Assembly: GCA_010015585.1 (NCBI GenBank)
Contig: ML975154.1
Origin: Eremomyces bilateralis CBS 781.70
Taxonomy: Eukaryota
DNA length: 64,000 nt
Reading direction: 5' to 3' (one strand)
The notes below the pieces were generated by a model. The model was not told the origin of the DNA and made no database searches. It saw only the letters and a program-made list of their open reading frames with translations. This document shows, piece by piece, positions 59,015-64,000 of this stretch; position 1 is the first letter of the stretch; each line of letters opens with the position of its first letter. A program made the position numbers and the translations under genes.

Positions 59015-60896
59015 ATGTTGCACAAAATGATCTTTCAGTAGGTAGAGGAACAACTTCATTGATACAACGCCAACATCACTGATCATCAATAGTCCTGCGC
59101 CGAAGAAGGTCGAAGCCCCTGTCATTTCCATTCAGCCAGAAACGGCTAAGAAGGTTGAGGAAAGGCCAAAGGATCTTTTTCAATTGGACACTGAGATGGC
59201 TGATAGTCCTCGAGTGCCATCAGTCGCTGAATGTGCTGCCCATCTCAAGCTTTTGAACGCGTTTATTGTGCTGAAGGCAAGCTTTGAGGCATGGGGCCAA
59301 GAAGCTGGTGTTCCCTCTGAAAGCTGCTGGCAGCAGTATATGGCTCTAGCCACGGCTCGATTTTCGACCTGGTTGCGTTATGTACGAGAGTCGGGCGAGA
59401 TATCGCAGGTACCATCTCTTGGTAAGCTTCTGGGAATAAGTTTTCCATTCCACGGCATTAAATCCAATCCCTGTCAGATATCCTCTTGGTTTGGCATGCT
59501 TTCATGCTGAACCCGGCGGATTATTTCAAAACCTGCGGCCCTGTGATTGGGGAGACACGCGAGACGATTCGGGTGGCAGGTATCCCTTGGGAGGCTTTGG
59601 TAAGCCGGGAGACCCGCCCAATCATATTACGACTGACATTGCTCTTAGCGCTCCTGTATTGACCCTGTTTCTGGGAAATTCAATCTTTCTGCATCCCAGG
59701 AGGAGATACTGAATAGCTTGAACCTCCATGTCGATCCATTGAAGTTCCTGGAGGAGGAAAATAAGGCGGACGCGGCGAAGAGCCATTTCATGGCCATCAT
59801 GAAAAAACCTGATGTACAGGCGGAGAAGCCCGAGCACGCGGGCGCAGACACTGAGAAAGTTGTCGTCGACGTCAAGCAAAACTTGCTCTTGGGAGCCTAC
59901 GACCTTATGGCGGAAGCGAACTTCACCTTCAAAAGCATCGAATTCGACCCCATCGCGGCCGTCACTCGCCAGCTCGGGTTTACCGAAAAGATGGCCCACT
60001 TTGGCTGGCTCCATAGCCCGACCCTGGATTCGACTCTTCGCTTCGCCGTGGGGAGGTAAACGACGTTCTTCACTATGATGAAGGACACAGCGGGCGCGGC
60101 CCCAACCATGGACATCGACCCGGTCTGGCACACGCACCAGGTCTCCCCGAGCCGCTACCTGGCATACTGCAAAGAGACCCACGGCCCCCTCATCAACCAC
60201 GACGACCGTGCCGAAACTCCCAAGCTCGAGGAAGGATTCGAAAAGGCGCAAGAAGCGTACAAGTCCGCGACCGGCGCCGCATACCTCGAATGCAATAGCT
60301 GGTACTGCGAACATGACCGGGCCGGCGGCAAGAAAGGCCTGCTCGCCAAAGACCAGTCCTTGCTCGATCATCTGATCGACGCGGAGAACCAGCGGCGCCG
60401 CAACGCGAACGTGCCGGTGCTTCTGGACTTCGCGCAGTGCTGCTGCCACTGTTCGCACCCGGCGCAGGTCGATGCAGAGAGTGCGGAACGGAGCAAGGCG
60501 TCCTCTAGCCAGACACCGCTGGACTGGCCGCGCTGTCGGCGTTATCGTAGCGTTGAGGAGGGTGTCGGAAAATGCCATCGTCGTTGTGGCACCTTTGAGG
60601 AAGGCGTGGGGGCATGCAAGCGGGTCGGTTGCCCCAAATTCTATGAGAAGGATGTGGGGAAATGCCATGCTCGTTGTCGCGCCTCTGAGGGCGGTATGGG
60701 GAGATCTGGGGGATCTACTGCGATTCGCCGTGAGACATGCAAGTTGGGTCCTGCTGAGGGAATAAAGTCCTCGGCGGTGATTCGCTGCAAGGCCTGGAGA
60801 ATGAGTACTGCTGAGGGAAGCAAGTCCCGAGCAGCGAATCGCTGTATGACCTGCAAAATGAGTACTGCTGAGGGAAGCAAGGCCTTGACAATATAA
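59015..60896 (+). pseudogene. GRDP-like / DUF1399 family gene with a single premature stop and a Cys-rich repeat tail
   Basis: Exons 59015-59037, 59093-59421, 59478-59599, 59649-60896 splice in frame. Motifs AHLKLLNAF, ARFSTW, PSLDILLVWHAFMLNP..Y, AAVTRQLGFTEKM, PTMDIDPVWHTHQVSPSRY, INHDD. TAA at 60057-60059 interrupts the frame, which continues directly afterwards. Confidence 0.75.
60552..60885 (+). repeat. Two codon-phased repeat arrays: (EEGVGKC..RC)-like x4, then a 57-nt unit (C..CKMSTAEGSKS.A.NR) x3
   Basis: ctgctgaggga at 60751, 60808 and 60865 (period 57); aaatgccat at ~60570 and ~60661. Confidence 0.85.
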
Positions 60897-61172
60897 ATTG
60901 GAAGAGGTTGTGTAAGGTGGCGAATCTTGCCGGGGACCCAACGACATGCCGCTCTCCCCTAGTAGCGTGGAACTAACTGAAATGCTCCTAGCGGATGTTA
61001 ACTGAAGTCGACCAATTTCCTTGCACGAAAAGTCTGCTAACGGATTATGTTTTCATAGCTGAATCTCAGAAATAAGGAGTTGTCTGGAAAAATTAGACGA
61101 ATTGATGCTGAGTGACGGTAGTGCGCGTCCGCTGTTTCATTAATTGAGTAATAATACCCATCTATTCTGCGA

Positions 61173-63441
61173 CTAAAGATGCGGAACCTTTGCACTCGCT
61201 AGTATCAAGTTGACGATGCTGAACAAGCCTTCTCCAAGAATGAGCCCACTAGCCAAGACAATGACCGGCGAGTCTTCTCGTTTGAGATAGCTCCTCCAAT
61301 ACCAATCAACAAGACCGCCAATAGTCCGCGCAAGAGTAAAAGACGGGGTATTATACATGCCTGTTAGCAAGGTGTTAGCTCATTGTCAATCTCGTCAATG
61401 TGTGGCACTCACCAACAGCCACGGCAATCCCACCCGGCACCCAAGTCGTCCATCCTCTGCCGTCTTTCCTTGTCCTCCCCCACATCCTCACAACCGTTGC
61501 TACAGCCCAGAGTACACCAGCACCCACTGCCCACTCTGGCACCATCTCCGGCAACCCCTTCCCCGTGACCAACCGCGCCGTGAACACCCACACATACGCA
61601 GTTGGCACTTCGAACAGCCCTCCAGGCACATCATACACCGATACATACAACCGATACACCAGCGCCGACACAACCGCACCGACCCCGCTCCCAATAATCT
61701 GGCCCCAGAACTGCGCCTTCGGCGCCGCCCCCAACAAGTGCCCGGTCTTCAAATCCTGCATCAAGTCGCCCGCCTGCAATGCGCCGGACTCGGACACGGC
61801 ACCGGCGACCAGGTTGATCATGATGGCGTTCTTGGAGCCGGAAGGGACGGCAAGGGCGATGAGCAGCTGCGTGAGCTTCGAGATGCCGGAGACGGGGTTC
61901 AGGTCCGTTTCTCCTAGGGCGCGGACGCCCATGACGGAGAGGAGGAGGGCGAGGACAAGGGAGAGGATGGTGAGGCGGAAGGGAATGAGGCCGGGGAAGG
62001 AGTAGTGGATGGCAAGGATGCAGACGAGGAGGCTGAAGAAGAGAGAGATGAGGGTGACGCGGGTGGAGATAAGGGCGGAGGGAGGGGCGTCAGCTTCGGG
62101 GGGCGAGTAGTGGGAGGCGAGTTTCGTGGTGATGTCGGTGGTGGAGGGGAGAGCGGTGTAGCCTTTTGCGGAGGAGAAGCGGAGGAGAAGGATGTCGGAC
62201 CAGGTGATCTCGGGGTTGCGGGCCCGAAGGTCGGAGAGATAGGCCTGGAAGAAGTGCACGACTGGTTGGAGGATCAGCCAAGCGAGGCTGACCAGTGAGT
62301 CAGCCAGCATTATTGCAAGACTGATCCACACGATCCAGCCTTTACTTCCGCGTTCCCAATCTCTGACCGGACCAGGTGCCCAGTTCTTGGCTTTAGCTAA
62401 AGGGGACAAGATCCCCCAGCCGAGGATTGCCCCTAGCAGCATATGTATGGTTGTTTCCGGACCCATGATGATGCCCTGTCCAATATATGCAGGAGAGGGA
62501 TTAAGCGTCCAAAGCCATTGAGACTCCAGATACGTCCCGAAGATAGGGATATCGCGGAGTCGAGGGATGAAGTAGGAGATGACTGTATAGAGAGCAGATA
62601 TACCGAATGACACGACGAGAAGATTGATCTTGGCTTTCCAGTCGTCTCGTCGGCTATCATCCGCCTCAAGATCGCTCTCTTCTTCTGCTTCTTCCAGCGA
62701 ATCTCTCCCATGCGACTCCGATAGGACCAGCTGCTCCGTCTCTTCCTCATCTGCATCTGTTTTCCGCCCCTCCTGCTCGATAATTGCCTTCTCCTCACTC
62801 TTCCCATGGAGCAGCGCAATCATATGCGCCGTCGCCGTCCCACTCGGAAACTTCAACTTCTCCCGAATAATCACCTGCCGCCTCAACGGCACCGCGAACA
62901 CCACCCCAAAAAAACAAATCCCCACCGCCCACACGATCAGCTTCCACAGCCCCAACCGCAACGGTCCGCCCTCCTCGTCTTTCAGCAAGAAATTCAATGC
63001 AGGCATCACCCCCACGAACCCGCACCCCAGTGGCATCGTCCCCACGCTCCCCGCGACCGTCTGCACCAGCACGTTCTCCACCGGCGTAAACGGTAGCTCC
63101 ACCGGCAGCGCCTTCTGGATGCTACGGAAGAACGCGAAGCCGATCAGCGCCGACGGCATCGCCATGCTGGACACCCAGCCGGTCTGTAGGCCGAAGTAGG
63201 TGTTGCTGAAGCAGATGATCACGCCGATTCCGAGACCGACGAGGAGGGCGCGTAATGTGAAGTTCTGCGGCGCGGTGCTGCGGGCGGCGAGGGAGGCGGC
63301 GGCGGAAGAGCGGGTGCGGCGGAGGTGGGGGGTTGAGCCATATTGGGAGGAGCGTAACCGGGAGCGGGAGAGGTGAGAGTCAGAGCGCGCGATATGACTA
63401 GTCGAGGGAGAAGGGGAGGAGGATCCCCTGTCGGGCGCCAT
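61173..63441 (-). CDS. OPT superfamily transporter, YSL-like clade
   Basis: ATG 63441; exons 63441-61413 and 61360-61173. Motifs FTLRALLVG, NTYFGLQTGW, FTPVENVLVQT, LKFPSGTATA, ALGETDLNPVSG, AGDLMQDLKTGHLLGAAPKAQF, ASGLILGEG. Confidence 0.93.
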
Positions 63442-64000
63442 GGTGGCTGTGGTGTCGGGATAGAGTTGTTGAATGAACGTGAAGCGAAGATGACGCGAAA
63501 GGTTCACTATGAAGTAGAAGTTGAAGATTAGGCCCATCGTCAACTCGTGATGGCTAGGGTCGATTACGACATCGGAGATAAGCGGTGTTAGAGCCTGGAG
63601 ACGGCAGGGTCACAAATCAAACCCGAACAAAAACACCAACCTCTAGAATAGTGACGAGGAACGCGATGGTGATAAATATATAGTCACAGAGGCTGCTCGT
63701 CACAGTTTTTGAATCATATCCGTCCCTAATATGACCTGAGATCCCAATACTCTCGGATTCGTCACTCCATCTCTGCTGTGGTGCCATTCCCCTGTCTTTC
63801 CAGCAATATCTAAAACCCATATGACCCATCAAGCCTCTAACATGGATGCTAAAAAAACAGTCAGCCATGAGCCGAATAAACATCCGAGTTAACGATCCTC
63901 CAGCGGTTATACCGCTGAAGGCCACACCTCTGCAAGCCGCAAATTTCCAACGATACCCGACCCACCTCCCACACTAGCATTTCCCGCCTCTCGCCCAATT

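Noticed and set aside
59622..60947. 441-aa antisense ORF over the DUF1399 gene
   Set aside because: It is codon-aligned with the sense gene, so it is a shadow ORF from avoidance of TTA/CTA/TCA codons; no independent motifs.
14699..63441. Whole-window metal-homeostasis or secondary-metabolite gene cluster (Cu-ATPase, SulP, MFS, CDF, OPT)
   Set aside because: The transporters are spread over ~50 kb among unrelated housekeeping genes, and there is no backbone enzyme (PKS, NRPS, terpene synthase) or cluster transcription factor.

Overview
This is a gene-dense stretch of a filamentous ascomycete (Pezizomycotina-type) chromosome, judged from short GT-AG introns with CTRAY branch points and clear fungal orthologs. 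I built about 19 intact gene models by hand. In order they are: a HET-NB-ARC NLR running off the left edge, an NTF2-like protein, PRP4, PTC7, vezatin-like vezA, a CrpA-like Cu P1B-ATPase, a sulfate permease, NOP13-like, KEX2, a large PhoD-like protein, TIM11, dynein intermediate chain, a 14-TM MFS transporter, BUB2, a divergent two-RRM orphan, DGK1, a TDG/MUG glycosylase, a CDF zinc transporter and a YSL-type OPT. Two genes are disabled: a CE1 acetyl xylan esterase pseudogene and a GRDP/DUF1399 gene with one nonsense codon. I found no rRNA, tRNA, CRISPR array or intact transposon. The most notable observations are: (1) the Cu-ATPase has a ~187-aa extracytoplasmic His/Met-rich, mucin-like loop with Kex2-type KR sites, plus a ~155-aa cytosolic insert carrying an NPFxxD endocytic motif; (2) a probably unannotated 76-aa Cys/His-rich micro-gene with TATA box and good start context lies just downstream of the Zn transporter; (3) the DUF1399 protein ends in codon-phased Cys repeats; (4) sharp C-rich to G-rich skew switches recur inside most conserved genes. 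All family calls come from motif recognition by eye; no database searches were run.
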